Below, one piece after another: positions 52,416 to 64,000 of a stretch of DNA of 64,000 bases. The notes beneath the pieces are model-generated. The model was not told the origin of the DNA. It saw nothing but the letters and a program-made list of their open reading frames with translations, and ran no database searches. The stretch is from Octopus bimaculoides (Eukaryota), in NCBI RefSeq assembly GCF_001194135.2, contig NC_068984.1:122712921-122776920 (forward strand), written 5' to 3'. A program made the translations under genes and the position numbers. Every line of letters starts with the position of its first letter. The stretch's first letter is position 1.

Positions 52416-53479
52416 CAGACTTCTTTTAGTTTCCGTCTACCAAATCCACTCACAAGGCTTTTGTTGGCCCAAGGCTATAGTAGAAGACACTTGCCTGAGG
52501 TGCCACACAGTGGGACTGAACCTAGAACTGTGTGGTTGAGAAGCAAGCTTCTTACCATACAGCCGTGTGCTTTCCAGAATTTATTTATTTACTCAAGTCT
52601 TGCCACAATAAACTTTGTCTCTAATCCTTCTGGGATGGATAAAATAAGTACCTGTTAAGTACTGTTGTCAATCTAATCAACAGTTCTTTACCCCTTCTGG
52701 TAATATTATGACATTCATGGATACTTACTTTCATTCTCAACTTCAGGTTGCAACCGAGATTGACTTTGTCATTTATTCTTCCTGGGTTAATAAAATAAGA
52801 AATAGTGATATACTGAGATTGACTTGATAACATCCCTTTCCCAGTAAATTTTGATGGCCTTGTGGCAAGGTTAGAAATCAGGATTTGATACCACAGAGGT
52901 GAAGGCGGGGCTGGTATCCTTCTTAACCCATTAGCATTTAAACTGGCTATATCCAGCCCATGTATTCTACCTCTTTTTTGTATAAACTGGCTAGATCTAG
53001 CCTCTCACACTTATCTTACAATGTCATTCTAAAAATAAACAATTGCATCATTGAAATCTCAAAGCTACGAGATAATGCATGATCAATTCAAAACAATGTG
53101 AATCTATAAGCATTTCATTCCACAGAATAATCTGGATGCTAAAGGGTGAATGAAAACAAAGCATTGATAGGAGCAAAAATGAATCCAAACAATTTAGCAT
53201 GGTTACATTGCTTGGGGCCTGGTTTAATTTCAGACTTCCTGGTGGGAGTCTCAATGGAAGTATAACGTTATAGCTAGCCTCATGTAGAAATGGGCTGAGA
53301 GGAATCTAACTCCGAAAGGTTGAGCCCAGAAGTGGCAAATGCATGTATTCCTTCTATCATATATTACCACCTGACCATTGTGCCTTGCCTCAATTTTCGT
53401 CTGACTAGATTTTTAACATCAGTCCTTTCGCTTATGAAAGATTTACATTTATGCTGTATGTTCACTATGTTGTGACACA

Positions 53480-54310
53480 GACACGTACTGAAGCTTAGAC
53501 TTATACATACTGACATTGCTGGATAGTGAGCTGATGTGGTTGCTTTTGTGAGGAGTGTTCTACCTCAATCTTCTTGATATGCTGCAGTCCTGTGTCGAAT
53601 GAAGATTGAGATTGCATATTTGACAGGCACTTACAGTCAAGTGAAACACTCCAGGTGTCAGCAGGAATCAACAAGCTGGTCCAATCTGGTGGACTCTCAA
53701 CTTGGGGACTGTTGATTAATTGCTAGTTCATGATAAAACTGCACAGGCATGTAGGAGCCACCAGCTGGGTCCATTCAAGATACGAACAGGGTAACAAAAA
53801 AACTTTTCACAAATTCATTAAGTGTCTGAGCATTAGTGACTTACAGAGTTATTGTCACTTGTCAGACAGTCCTATCTATCAGTCAAGTCAATCGTAGAGA
53901 TCATCTCATCTTTCTTAGAGAAATGCAGGCAATTTTCCTCTGTCTTATGACTATGAGGAAAGTGACTTTGTGGTGGATTCAACTGAAAGCACTGAAGGCA
54001 GGGTTTTTCTCTTTAACTAAATCCTCATCAATTTTCCCAAGTTGCAGTGGAAAGTGAGGTGCTGCTCTCCAGTAATTTTGTTGTAAGGTGAGCATGACCC
54101 TATTGGAAATCCCTGCTCTCAGCTAGAGGAGAGCAATGACCTTCAATAGTCAGAATAATTTTGAAACTAGGGGGTCTTTCTCTCTGGGAACCTCATCACA
54201 CATTCGTTTGTATGCTACATAATTTTATTTCTTTGTAAAACCCAACACTTTGTAACCAGTCTTTTCATGTCCCTTTATTCATCTCTCTTGTGGCAATAAT
54301 AATAAATAAC
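53480..54310 (+). mobile_element. Probable decayed, 5'-truncated LINE 3' end (L1/Tx1-like C-terminus suspected)
   Basis: Microsatellite-free, higher-GC block with broken frames REMQAIFLCL..KVTLWWIQLKALK / LINF..WKVR / VLLSSNFVVR. It ends in cttgtggcaataataataaataa, similar to the tail of the SINE at 17855. Clade assignment is from memory only. Confidence 0.45.
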
Positions 54311-54380
54311 CCTTCATCATTATTATGGTAGTAAACTGACACTGTGGTTAGTGTCAGACAAAATGCATTTCTTCCTGCAC

Positions 54381-54431
<51 letters not shown>

Positions 54432-54629
54432 GTTTATTTATTTAATTATTAAAGTTGTGAATTATTGTTTTCATCATTATGATTATCAAATGTACTTTCA
54501 CTATCAGTTTTGTACGTTTCAGATAATGTTGCTAATACTGTCATTATATTAACACTCATGCATATATTACATATACGTAATAAATACAACATCGTACTTC
54601 ATATACACAAACATTGTTGCATAGATGCG

Positions 54630-54671
<42 letters not shown>

Positions 54672-55679
54672 TGCTAACATGTGTGTGTCACTGTAATTTT
54701 TCTCTTGCCTGCCATTACATACAGCTTCCATTGACACAACAGAGAAATTTCCCTTCATCCCCCTCTCTCTCCCTTTCACTGCCTTTCTCTCTCTCTCTCT
54801 CTCTCTCTCACTCTCTCCCCTCTCTCTGTTACTCTCTGTAGACCTCAGCTTCCAAGTGAGGAAGACAATTGCAGTAGAAAGCTTCTGTCCGTGAACACAT
54901 GACTCATCTGATGTAGTCAATCTATCTATTCATCTATATCTGATGACGCTTAAGAAAAATGTCCTCTCTCTCTCTCTCTCTTTCTTTCTGTCCTTCTTTT
55001 TCTCTTACCATTGATGTGGTGGTAGTGGTTTCTTTTCTTTTTTTATTTTTATTTCAATCATTGTAGTAATGGGGAGAGCAATAAAAAGGGTTGTGGTGGT
55101 TGATGAACAGTGAATGAGTGAGGTAGCTGGCATCTCGGATGGGACATTCTTCTGCATATTTAGCCTTTTGGCTTAGCTACAACATTTGCACCGTCACTGG
55201 CCACCACCACTACTATCAACACCACTACTACTTATACTACTATCGGCAGCATAATAACCACTATGAAAATCAACACTACTATAACCACCGCCACCACCAC
55301 CACCACCACCACCACCACTACTACTACTACTGCTGCTGCCACTCTTAATTCCTATACTGATAGGATTACAACTATTGCTGTTAACATTATTTCAACACTT
55401 ACCATCATAATAATCATCATAAACATCTCCACAATGTCCATCACCACCACCACCCCGATGCTGTAGTAGTTGGCCATTCAAACTAGTTGATTGTAAGGAG
55501 TTATGGAATTGAATTTATGGGGTGAAGAGCTCAGCCGTAGGGATCAGAAAAGGTCACAGATGACAGGGATAGATTGTTTGGGGCCACAAATCTATCCTTG
55601 ATTTGGTTTAGCTTGTATTTGGTATTTAAGCAACATTAATAGCATTAATCAACAACAGTTGCAGCAGTAGAAAGGGACT

Positions 55680-55990
55680 TCTGCATGGTTGCTCGAACCA
55701 CTAAAAACAGCAGCTAGATCTCCTCAAATGACAACTTACTATCTTAACAAGAGAGAGAGAGATGGAGGGGGGTTGGAGGAGAACAAACACATTGGATAAT
55801 GGAGTCTGAAAGACATTGTGTAGAATGCATTTAATCAAAGGCCTGCTCAGTCAGAAGCTGGCCTGGGACCTGTGACTAAACAGCATCAGCAACATTTGCA
55901 ACATAAACAGCCGCAGCTAAAAGACTGGAATGCCTTTGATCATGGGCCTGCTCAATAAGGAATGACCTGGGACAAAACAACAACAACAAA
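55680..55990 (+). mobile_element. Copy of the most abundant SINE-like repeat, with (AAC)n tail
   Basis: gcatggttgctcgaacc...gatctcctcaaat...ggaatgcctttgatcatgggcctgctc...gacctgggacaaaacaacaacaac. Roughly 28 copies or fragments are visible across the window. Confidence 0.8.
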
Positions 55991-56561
55991 TACACCAAAA
56001 TAACAACAACAACAACATCAGCATGTAGTACCCTTATTGATAAGAATAACAAAGTTTCAGTGTATTTTCTTGAGCTACTCACTGCAGCTGTTAAATCTCC
56101 CTAAAAAAAATATAGAAAAATCTATAGAATAATTTCTTTAGAATTCATTCATTCATTTATACGCTGTATGTTGTACTATATAATTATCACCACACACTAA
56201 TTAATTATGTTTTGTCAAGGTGTAACTGCTAAAGTGTCTAACAACAAAACTAATTATATCTATTCTTAAATAAGTAATTAATTCATGTGTATGGTGTATT
56301 ATGTATATGTATCATTGTTCNNNNNNNNNNNNNNNNNNNNNNNNNNNNNNNNNNNNNNNNNNNNNNNNNNNNNNNNNNNNNNNNNNNNNNNNNNNNNNNN
56401 NNNNNNNNNNNNNNNNNNNNNNNNNNNNNNNNNNNNNNNNNNNNNNNNNNNNNNNNNNNNNNNNNNNNNNNNNNNNNNNNNNNNNNNNNNNNNNNNNNNN
56501 NNNNNNNNNNNNNNNNNNNNNNNNNNNNNNNNNNNNNNNNNNNNNNNNNNNNNNNNNNNNN

Positions 56562-56590
<29 letters not shown>

Positions 56591-56593
<3 letters not shown>

Positions 56594-57031
56594 TTCTAAT
56601 ATAGGATAAAATCTTTTCGAAAAGAATATTTCAAGTGGCCAGCATATTAAAATACCTTTTAAGGTGAATATTATAAATAAGAGCAAAAGAAAAAATTTCT
56701 GTGCCAATATTCTGAGAAATAGACTTTAAATAGGCAATCACCACAGACAATATATATCGCTATAAATACACATCGTGCTGAATTGAGGAAAGCAAGCTAA
56801 CGGAATTTTTTAAAAATATGTTATCTCTAAATCGAACGATTTCGGGATTAATCCAACAGATTTTTCCACTCATCAGTAGAGAATACGATAAGAAATAAAA
56901 GAAATACTTACAAGTACCCATGGGAAAAAGCAGAAGCAAAAGTTATGAGTACACCTAAGTACCCCAAATATATCTAAAATATAAATTCCGTAGCAAGCTT
57001 CAACACACATGTAATCAGTTCGGGACCACAA
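56591..57031 (-). mobile_element. Non-coding element carrying a hammerhead motif (Penelope pLTR-like or retrozyme-like)
   Basis: About 440 bp of CpG-retaining sequence between two (TA)n arrays. It contains the ribozyme motif and has no ORF. Confidence 0.55.
56824..56882 (-). ncRNA. Type I hammerhead ribozyme motif
   Basis: Minus strand reads TCTCTA-CTGATGA-G(T)GGAaaAATCTgttGGATTaaTCCC-GAAA-TCGttCGA-T-T-TAGAGA. It has a 6-bp stem I, an intact core, a G-C-closed stem II, a short near-palindromic stem III and an AUU triplet. Confidence 0.75.
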
Positions 57032-57115
57032 TATAATTATATATATATATAAAATTTTCCTTACACACTAATCATATATACTCTACACTACCAGATAAGT
57101 TATTCTGGGCATTGG

Positions 57116-57158
57116 CTGTCATGTAAACATCCTGATAGAGAGGATGTTTATGTGACAG
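57116..57158 (+). other. 18-bp hairpin with a 7-nt loop
   Basis: ctgtcatgtaaacatcct-gatagag-aggatgtttatgtgacag. The only two non-Watson-Crick positions are G-U pairs on +. Confidence 0.8.
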
Positions 57159-58689
57159 TATAGAAGCTGAATCAGGCCCACCTGGGGTTGAACTTTTGAT
57201 TCCTAGGTTGTTTGACCCATGTGTTCTATTTCGATGTCATAACTATAAAATCCTCTTAGTACAAGATCAGAATTTGTATAGTCTTATATAAAATGAACTT
57301 CTTCAGATGCTCTACAATATGTTTGTTACTTTCCTCACAAACTTATTGTCAAATGTATATTGCTGGAGGATTTATTTTCAATATCAATGACAACACATAA
57401 ACAACCTAATTATGTGGTTTTGATGACATTTTAACTGAATTAAGGCCACTGTGGCCAAAATCACAATGCTTTTGTTGTTGGGCTAATCTGTTCTGTCAAG
57501 AAGTTACAGTCCTAAAAAAGGAACCATCTATTCTTATGTACAATAACCTTACTGCAATCTCTTAAAATGTATTGCAGCATAAATCATTGAGAAAGTTTCT
57601 ATATTGTTGCTCAATATGGCATCCAAATCTCTTTCGAGAGTGTACAAAACCAGTGAAGATTTTTTCATAGACTCCCCACTCAATACTTGTTGAATAGCCA
57701 AATAGGTGTCAACAAATGCCCTGCCATATTCAAAATGTGTTCATTGTAAACCAATGACGGAAGCACGTTGTTGCTTGACTTTATGTAGCAGTCAAATTTC
57801 ACTCAATAAACTCTTCTATCTTTAAGTAGGGACCTCAGAAAAACAAATAGTGAAGGGGCTTCTAAATAGATGCTTCCAAATCTCCCTACTCTTTTAAAGT
57901 AGATATCACAAGACCAATAAGGGAGTTTTTTTTTAGAATCCTTCAATATATTCAACAGACATTGGTTGGGGGTGGGTAACAAAAAACTCCCGACTGACTA
58001 AAATGGGATTTTTTGTTGTTGTTGAGAATGAAGTTATGGGGCTGCATATTTCACAATAAAGATGGCAAAAACAATGGCTAATATGACTAACTGCAACCAT
58101 CTTTGGCTGGCCAGCATTGTATTTATGTCTGTAGGCTTGCTCAATTAGATTTAACTTCAACCATCGCAACAACAACTATTGCTAACAGTAACAGCAGCAA
58201 AAATAACTGCAGATATTATTACAGTAGCAGCAATGTCAGCAGCAACAGTGCACCAACAGTGACAAGTAGCAGCAGCAACAATAACAACAACAACAGCAAC
58301 AGCAACTATTTGTCATAAGAATCATTACAATGATAGTAATAACAGCGGCAAGAGTAATCATTACAACAACAATTATTGTTTTTGAATGGTAAAAATTGAC
58401 TTGGCAAGATTTGAACTCAAAATGTCGAGAGCCAGAATAAATACCAAAACACACTTTTTTTTTCCAATGCTCTAATGGGTTCTGCCAGCTTCCACCTTAC
58501 GACATAAGATTTACTGCAGCAATAGCAACAACTGCATCAACAATTGCTAGTTAACGAGAATTACTTGAGTAGTAACAACAATTGTTAATACAACGCAACC
58601 ATCACTTAATCTGCTAAAAATAGCTGACCATTTCCCTCAAATCACATCCCTACAATCTTACAAAATGAAGGATGCATTAGATAATGTAG

Positions 58690-58734
<45 letters not shown>

Positions 58735-60327
58735 TTACTGTCAGGCTGGAGTGTGGCTCTTTGATCATGGGTTTGCTTAATCAGAGCTGTCCTGGGGCTA
58801 AACAGCAGCTCCTGTTAATATGAATTACTACAGCAGTGGAAACAACAAGGATGCTTCTCATGGTCACTTGACTTACATGAAATAGTAGCCAGATCTCCCT
58901 CAATGTGCACCCTACCTTCTTTAAAATAGAAATAACAAATTAGATAAATGCCTTTGAAAATAAGAGGAGATGGTCTTGGTTGGAACACTTTGACCATAAA
59001 TTTAATCAAATGGTTGACCAGAGGCTAAACATCAATTACAGTAGATCCTCCTACAACAACAACAACAGCAGTTAATAATTACTGTAGTAGTATTAATAAC
59101 AACAACAGTAACTGTAGTTCCTGCATCAATACCAAGAACTGCTATTACTACTACTACTACTACAGTCGTCATAGAAAAGCAAGTGAACACATCCAGACAC
59201 ACGCACATACACTTGCATATTTGACTTGACCTTGACCTCTATTACAATTCATTTGCAAATCTCATTGGTCAGACAAGATGGATGACACCTCTCACTTGCA
59301 ATGTCTTTGTATTCATTCTATGAAAAAACATAATATACATATAAATAAAAGCATCTTGCTACAGGGCTCCTCACATCAGTTAAACCTTTAATTAATATTT
59401 CTGTTGAAATACGCTGCCTTTTTTGTTTTGTTTCAATTAATTTTCAGAATATTGAGGAATTGGTGTTTGGAACATAAATTAACATAAAGTGTAAAAGAGA
59501 AAGTTCATATCAGAGAAAAGGAACTGGAAGAGGAATTAACAGCTCTTACTGCTAAGAATATGGCACAAATGAATCCAAAAGCACTGTAAGAGTACAGTGC
59601 TAAAATAATACTGAATTATATGTAGTAATATTGTTTTACCTAACTGTAGTTAAAAGAAGGTCATAGATAGAGGAATAAGAAGTATCATTGCCAGGAATGT
59701 GGTACATGTGAATCCAAAGACCCTCTTTAGTGTCACATAGTCACAAATAATTATATGTCAAGTACTTTTCTCTTGTCCATAAGTATTTCTCTTTCCCTCC
59801 CTCAGCTCCCTCTCCTCTCTAGTTGTAGACCTGTATTTCTAATTCTGTATCCTTATTAATGTGCTCCCCTTTCATCCCTGTTTGTTGTCTTCCTCCCCCT
59901 CTCATCTTTAACTTAGTTCACCTCTCCACCCTTACATGAATATATATATGCAGATGCACACAAATCCAAATACAAATCCATGTGTACACACACACACACA
60001 CACCTATATATATATATATCTGCAAAATGTACACCTGTACATACATACACACACAGTCTCCACCATGTTCTGATATTCTCTTTCTTGAGAAGTGTCCCAT
60101 CTTCATTTTTGTGTGCATCTGCTGCTGGATGTATGTGAATGCACACTTGCATGTGTGGATAGTTAAATGTTTCCCCCATCTCTACGTATGGGTGGCCAGC
60201 AGTTTCACATCTCCATGTGTGGGTGTTTGACAGCAACACCTATATACATGGATGTGCAACTGTTGCATATCTCTACCTTTGAGTCAGATGTGTGCAACAG
60301 TTATACATCTGTGATGGTGCCTGTTGT

Positions 60328-60520
60328 ACACATTACTGCATAGGTAATTGTGCATCTATAGCACATAACTGCAGAAGTCATTGTATATCTAGAGCACATA
60401 GACTGCTACATGAACTGGCTGTTCATGTTTCACATGGACTGCTGCATGACTATGCATCTGTTGCACATGGACTGCCACATGATTGTGTATCATTTGCACA
60501 TTGATTGCTACATGATTGAT
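60328..60520. repeat. Degenerate 33-bp minisatellite
   Basis: Units of 33, 33, 36, 33 and 33 bp plus a partial unit; consensus approximately gcacatggactgctacatgactgtgcatctgtt. Confidence 0.8.
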
Positions 60521-61946
60521 TTTGTATTTATTACATTTTGCGTAGGTGTATATCTCTATAGCTGATACGTCTATCTACTTGGTTTGAGGATGGTTTGACT
60601 GCTTTAAAAAAAAATTTTTTTGAACCAACAATAAGATACATAACTGAATTGAACCCTTTACAGCCTTTCATGTGGCCCTTATTAAGCTGTTGTGCATGTA
60701 CTTGGCAGTAGTATAATTGAAGTTTAAACTAAATCAATCTTAGTTTGACCCTTTTGTTGCCATATTTCTATTGAAGTACATCTTTATTTCTATTGATTCT
60801 GGAAATAATGAAAAATGCAGTAAAATAATTTTGCTGTTATCAAGCCAATGTCTGGAACATAAATTAGCATGAAATTTTAAAGGAAAATTTTATATTCATA
60901 TCACTTTAAAACAGGGAGTTTGTACCATAGAACCAAGGGTGGTTTTAGATGGATTGGTAGTGAAAGGGTTATTATTTCATAGGAAGACTTGAGTCAGGTG
61001 GAGAAGGAAATGTCAGTGGGAGACCAGGGTCAAGAGAGGGAAGACCTGTTACATCTGAAGCCACTGGATTCTGATGCAGGTCTTTGCTCTGCTGAACCTT
61101 GGTATATTCACCATTTCTTACCTTCTATTGCACATCCTTTATCACAAACCCTACTTTTTAGAACAAGAAGTTATATTGATTTTTTTTTTTTTTGCCCCAT
61201 TCTTTTTCATTTCTCTTATTTTTCTTCCTTCATTTGTCTCTATTTTCTAGTTTCAATTTTCTTTGCTTCACACCTTTCCCCTTTCTGTGTTGTACTCCAT
61301 CCTTCTTTTTTTTACTACTTGTTTCTTTTGTTTCTCTCTCTTTAACCACCACCACTACCACCATCACCATCATTACCAGCACCACCACCATCATCATTAT
61401 TACTGATAGTAGTAGTCACAGAAGCAGTAGCTTTAGTAATTAGTTGCTTTGTTCGTTCAATCTCAAGACAATCTTGATTAAACAGACCTCTCATAAAAGG
61501 TTTTCCAGTTGTGACCATCCTGTTTATCTTATGTTTCTTGATATAATGTATCTCAGGCTACATTTGCAAATGTCTCCCTTTTTTGTTAAGGTGGTAGTAT
61601 GTGGTGTAAGGGAGATTTAGCTGACATTTTTAGCAAGTCTAGTAACAACATAGAGACTATCAAATTGTAATTACAGCAGTGGTAGTAGTAGTTGTAGTAG
61701 TTGTTGTTATTGTTGTTACAGCAGAAGCACTACCACCAACAAATATAATGATAAGAGCTATTCTGCTAATTATATAATTTGTAATCTAATATAGAAGAAG
61801 AACTATGGTGTCTAGCAGCCAAGTAGAAACCCTTTAGCTGTTGCCCTTCCAGTTGTCTTATCCAGCCATATTTTTTCATTGAACACACATGTATACACAC
61901 ATTTCTACTGTTGCTTTGGCCGTATATGTGTATAATAAGTGTGTGT

Positions 61947-61959
61947 GTTGTCTAGCAAC
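61947..61959. promoter_or_regulatory. RFX X-box GTTGTCTAGCAAC
   Basis: Match to GTTGYY-N1-RGCAAC, with a Hox/PBX-like TCATAAATCA at 62048-62057. Confidence 0.4.
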
Positions 61960-64000
61960 AACTGCAGTATCACAGTCTTTGTTGAGATGTGATGGAGATG
62001 ATCAGGCAATATTTCCTGTAACAGCAGAAGAGAGATCTTCTCAAATGTCATAAATCAATTAGAACCACCATATTTAAAGTAATGAGCCCAAGGATCTCTC
62101 CTTTCTGTTTCTGAACACTGAAGACATTGTACAATATGCTGCTTGGCCCTTTTATTCTCAATAGTAACAATCTGCAATAATGGCCTATGCAAATTAGATT
62201 TTGAATGATTAATCCCTAATTCTTTGAAATTATCTGCCCCCTCCCCACTTTTTTTTTTTCTGGTGAGGAGTCACTAACAGTTGCTGTTAGGTTTTTGTTT
62301 TCTTCCTCCTGCTAAGAGGTAAATTTCAATTGGGAATGTTTTACATTAAGCACATCATTCCATGACTTACATCAGTATGGGTTTCTGCTGCTATTATATG
62401 TATTGGCAAAGCATGAATGATAGAACATACAGCATTCCTTTCCTAGCTTTAAGTTGATTCTTTATAGAGCTACTATAAAGAATCAACTTAATGGGGGAGC
62501 TTTCCATGCAGTGGCATGCATGGTTTGCTAGAAATAACAGATAAATTTTACTTGTATCACACACCGCCATCTTGGAACATCTGTTGTAGTAATTGTTGTT
62601 TAGTTTCAGGCCAGCCTTGAACCATCAAACCTATGATCAGAAATATTCCAACTGTGACCATCTCGTCTTTTATTCAGTATATCAGAGAGTGCAGTTTTCA
62701 ATGTGTCCTTCCTTTATTATTTTCAAGGGGATAATGAATGATTTCTCTTAGGTCAAGTAAGCACATAGATTGGCTTGTAGGACTGTTGTTGTTGTTGTTA
62801 GTACAGCTATTATTGGATAGGCATATCAGTGAGTCATAATAATGTGGTGAAAGATAATTATTATTGTTGATTGGCATCAGACCAGATGAAAAAAAAGAGA
62901 GAGATTCTGGTGTGAGGACAGAACTTACTAGAAATTGACATGTACTTTGGCTCTTTGCAGCATTGCTATCAAACCATTTGTGATTGGCATCATACCAGAT
63001 TTATAAAAAGAAAAGTGAGAGAGGATTGATCTTATGATGAAAGCAGAACTTATTTTGTTTGGCATTTCCAAACCCATTTTTTTTAATCCTTTAGATAAAT
63101 ATGTAAATGACTAAATTTTGGGGTGCTGAGTAACTGACCTTGTATACCATAATATTACTTGGAATTAATAAAACTAGTAATGGTTGTGATTGTTGTTCAA
63201 ACTCAGATCAAAGGTACTCCAGTTGCGACCATCCCTTTTTGGGTGGGGTGTTATATGCAAACACATTGGATAAAATTATTTTTGATTTTTTTTAAGATGG
63301 CAAGGAGTGAGGTTTTAGCTGCTATTTCTAGCATCTTTTATGACTTTAGATAGGTTCTCTCCTTAAAAGTCATATTGGTTTGTGTTACTGACTTACTCAG
63401 AATTCTAAGCTCATCTTGTTTCATTGACAACCAGAGTGCAATCCTACTTTTGTTGAATGGTTAGTCGGAAGAAGGACATATATACAGTTGTAAAAATAAT
63501 CATTCTAAAAGTGGTGGGGTAGTCTAAATATGTTGTGTCTGGAGAGAGTCATATTGTCTTAAAGCCTTATCTAATACACTCACTGGTTTGATTTCCAATA
63601 ATTCATTATATTTTTTCTTCCAAAATTTTGGACAAGGTTGCAAAAACAAGGAAAATATTGAAAGAAAAAATATGAGTGGAAATCGAACCAGTGAGTGTGT
63701 TAGATAATAAGGCATTAAAACAATTTGACTCTCCCCAGACACAACATAATTTGCTTCAACACACGAATTCACATAAAGAATCTTGCAAACCAGACACAAA
63801 AACAAAGTGGTCTAAATAGTTTCACATAAATGGCACCTGTACTGGGACCATGTAAATAGCACTCTGTAATGTGGTTGGCATAAGGAAGGGCATCCAGCCC
63901 TACAAAACCATGCCAAAGCAGACAAATGGAGTCTGGTGTAGCTCTCCAGCTTGCCAGTTCCTGTTAAATCATTCTACCCATGCCAGCATGGAAAACAGAC

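Noticed and set aside
54936-54965. CTGATGA-cgcttaa-GAAA as a hammerhead
   Set aside because: No G-C-closed stem II and no stem I or III complementarity.
57122-57133. 12-nt identity to the 5' end of miR-30 (UGUAAACAUCCU)
   Set aside because: The hairpin closes straight after these 12 nt, which is too short for a pre-miRNA. miR-30 is a vertebrate family, so this is treated as coincidence.

Overview
This is eukaryotic, AT-rich, repeat-dense DNA with five N gaps. The SINE families and microsatellite load look like a cephalopod (Octopus-like) genome; that call is pattern recognition, not a database result. I found no complete protein-coding gene, rRNA, true tRNA or CRISPR array, and almost all track ORFs are microsatellite or SINE artefacts. 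The window reads best as the 5' or intronic part of a very large + strand gene that I cannot name. Support comes from several CpG-retaining promoter-like patches (about 6, 16.5, 21-22, 28 and 47.6-48.6 kb). These carry candidate alternative first exons ending in phase 0: a 29-codon exon MTAILTPASAHYVIKTDRRLHPPGSPKFE and several ATG|GT exons. There are also RFX X-boxes, a CRE, and a textbook recursive-splice site (ACAG|GTAAGT at 12111-12120). Mobile DNA includes tRNA/CORE-type SINEs, hAT-, piggyBac- and Tc1-type MITEs, an internally deleted DD34D mariner, an internally deleted maT-like element and a probable LINE 3' fragment. The most striking hidden signal is a near-intact type I hammerhead ribozyme motif on the minus strand (56824-56882) inside a ~440-bp TA-flanked non-coding element. 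Several decayed hammerhead-like motifs occur elsewhere (about 30, 50 and 53.3 kb), pointing to Penelope-like or retrozyme-like elements. Long inverted repeats that could form dsRNA are also present.
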